NCBI GenBank assembly: GCA_963728945.1
Contig: CAVSMA010000002.1
Coordinates: 1,776,243 to 1,840,242 of the forward strand
DNA: 64,000 bases
DNA from: an uncultured Actinomycetota bacterium
GTDB lineage: Bacteria; Actinomycetota; Actinomycetes; Mycobacteriales; CADCTP01
Direction: 5' to 3'
Below are positions 62,313 to 64,000 of the stretch, one piece after another. Both the position numbers and the translations under genes were made by a program. Within the stretch, counting starts at the first letter, position 1. Every line of letters starts with the position of its first letter. The notes below the pieces were generated by a model. The model saw only the letters and a list, made by a program, of their open reading frames with translations, was not told the DNA's origin and ran no database searches.

Positions 62313-62687
62313 TCAGCCGGCCGGGTGGTCGACCAGCGTGGCCACCGGTTGCCCCGCCTCGACGAGATAGGTCGAGAGCATTCGACCCGTCCCGGGACCC
62401 ACGTCCAGCGCGTTGTGCGGCGTGCGGGGCGGGATGAGGAATCCGTCGCCGGCGTTCAGCGTGAGCGTGGGCCGGCCCTCGATCATCATCCGGACGGTGC
62501 CGGCGACGATGTAGCCCACCTCCTCCCCGGGATGGATGTGCCAGCCGGACTCGACGCCGGCCGGGATCTCGGTGAGCACCTGGACGATGTCCCGGCCCGG
62601 GATGGAGGAGCCGCTGTGCTGGATCTCGGTGCGCTTCAACCGTCCGGTCAGCCCGTCCACCGGCTGGTGCGCGTGCTCGGGTGTCAT
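62313..62687 (-). CDS. Cupin domain protein
   Basis: SGWHIHPGEE and GDGFLIPPRTPHNA. Confidence 0.9.
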   Translation of the reverse strand: MTPEHAHQPVDGLTGRLKRTEIQHSGSSIPGRDIVQVLTEIPAGVESGWHIHPGEEVGYIVAGTVRMMIEGRPTLTLNAGDGFLIPPRTPHNALDVGPGTGRMLSTYLVEAGQPVATLVDHPAG

Positions 62688-62715
62688 GCGTGTCCGTCCC
62701 TGTCCCTGGCCGGGC

Positions 62716-63441
62716 TCAGGTCACCGAGTCGAGCGCCTGCCGGATCACCCCGGTCACAGCCTGCGGCTGGCTGATCATCACGACGTGGGACGCGTCGACC
62801 TCGGTGATCGTCGCTCCGGCCCGCTCGGCCATCCGGCGCACCACGTCGCTGCCGGCGGCCTTGTCGCCGGTGGCCACCACCGCCCAGGACGGCAGCCGCT
62901 TCCAGGCCGGCGTCCCGTTCGGCTCGGTGAATCCGAACGCGGAGACCGGGCGTTGGGTAGCCGCCATCACCGCGGCCTCCTCCTCCGGCACGTCGGCGGC
63001 GAAGGCGTCGTGGAACTTCGCCGGGTCGATCGCGAACTCCACTGCCGTCTCCGACCCCTGGCCGGTCGGGTACTGCAGCTGGACCAGCGCGGTCATCAGC
63101 ACGCTGTCGCGCGAGTCGCCCTCGATGTCCTGCAGGACCTCGCCCTCGTCCGGGGCGAAGGCAGCGACGTAGACCAGCCCGACGACGTTGTCCACCTGCG
63201 CCGCGGCGTTCGTGATGACGGCCCCGCCGTACGAGTGGCCGACCGCGAGCACCGGCCCGGGGATCTGCCGGAGTGCGCTCGTCACGTACGCGGTGTCGAT
63301 GGCGATGCCGCGCAGCGGGTTGGAGACCGCCTGGACCTTCACCCCCGCGGCCCGCAGCTGCCGGACCACGTCGTTCCACCCGGAGCTGTCGGCGAACGCG
63401 CCGTGCACGAGAGCGACGGTCGGGGCGCTGGTGTCGGTCAT
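62716..63441 (-). CDS. Alpha/beta hydrolase
   Basis: VHGAFAD, GHSYGG nucleophile elbow and ASHVVMISQP. Confidence 0.92.
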   Translation of the reverse strand: MTDTSAPTVALVHGAFADSSGWNDVVRQLRAAGVKVQAVSNPLRGIAIDTAYVTSALRQIPGPVLAVGHSYGGAVITNAAAQVDNVVGLVYVAAFAPDEGEVLQDIEGDSRDSVLMTALVQLQYPTGQGSETAVEFAIDPAKFHDAFAADVPEEEAAVMAATQRPVSAFGFTEPNGTPAWKRLPSWAVVATGDKAAGSDVVRRMAERAGATITEVDASHVVMISQPQAVTGVIRQALDSVT

Positions 63442-63781
63442 GGAAGCTGCCTCCTGTGGGCCGTGAGCGGGTGTGGGCCCGTGTCGACCGGGCGACGGGG
63501 TGGGCCGTCGACGCTGCCGTCACTGCGGCGACGCCGGCCGCGGACGGGCGTCCAGCGATGTCGGCTCGTCTCTGGCACCTCACCGTACGGTGCGCTGCCG
63601 GAGTACGCCCGCCGACACCGAAATCTCCGCGGGCGGCAGCTACGGCGTCCTGTACACGGTCGCCGGGTTCTGCGCCGTCCTGGGGGCGTTCGCCATCCTG
63701 CCCGTGCGACGGGTCAGGTGAACAGCGACAGCTGGGCGGCCCGTCGGCGTGGATGGGCCGCCCAGCTGAAGGTGAGAGCGG

Positions 63782-64000
63782 TCAGGCGACGGCGACCGCC
63801 TCACGGGTCGAGCCGGACCGCGCGTCGAGGGCGGCGAGTCCCGCGGCCCGGAAGCCCTTGACCGTCAGGTAGACGCCGACGGAGAACTCGAACACGGCCA
63901 CTGGGAGGCCGAACAGGAAGCCCGCCGCGGAGACCTGGCCCCAGGCGCCGAGGATCGTCGCGACGTCCGACAGCAGGATGAGGGGCCCACCGACGAGGCC
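63782..64000 (-). CDS. DUF4386-like membrane protein (3' end; runs off window)
   Basis: GLVGGPLILL...LPVAVFEFSVGVYLTVKGF. Confidence 0.65.
   Translation of the reverse strand, partial: GLVGGPLILLSDVATILGAWGQVSAAGFLFGLPVAVFEFSVGVYLTVKGFRAAGLAALDARSGSTREAVAVA

Noticed and set aside
63620-63721. Hydrophobic stretch resembling an MFS C-terminus (GSYGVLYTVAG...ILPVRRVR)
   Set aside because: Too short and has no start; at most a remnant.

Overview
High-GC actinobacterial chromosome segment. Positions 1-50.9 kb are the conserved actinomycete core block: meaB-thiolase-mce-filP region, nucS, pduO-type adenosyltransferase, atp operon, wecA/rfe-glyA-ptp-tsaC, prmC-prfA-rpmE-rho, thrB-thrC-hom-lysA-argS and tRNA-Arg(CCG). 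After the tRNA comes a patchwork accessory region with gene fragments (IS3 integrase, BrxD-like ATPase, HD-domain regulator, SDR) and an intact CsoR-family sulfur/persulfide cluster carrying four TACCC-N4-GGGTA operators. The main surprise is a ~3.6 kb cassette between prmC and the resident tsaC/sua5. It holds a translationally coupled tsaE-tsaB-tsaC-tsaD (complete t6A machinery) operon plus a divergent SARP/AfsR-type activator, while the resident tsaC has substitutions in its PTDT and SAN motifs. Other oddities: a split, reversed RibD-like pair interrupting atpD-atpC; a ~185-aa Gly/Ser tail on ATP synthase subunit b; a lipoprotein coupled to a non-canonical FtsH-like protease; G-run hairpin mini-elements inside genes and in the rpmE leader; and a local cluster of frameshifts at 12.5-16.4 kb. 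All family assignments come from motif recognition by eye; no searches were run, and some start codons are my choice among alternatives.
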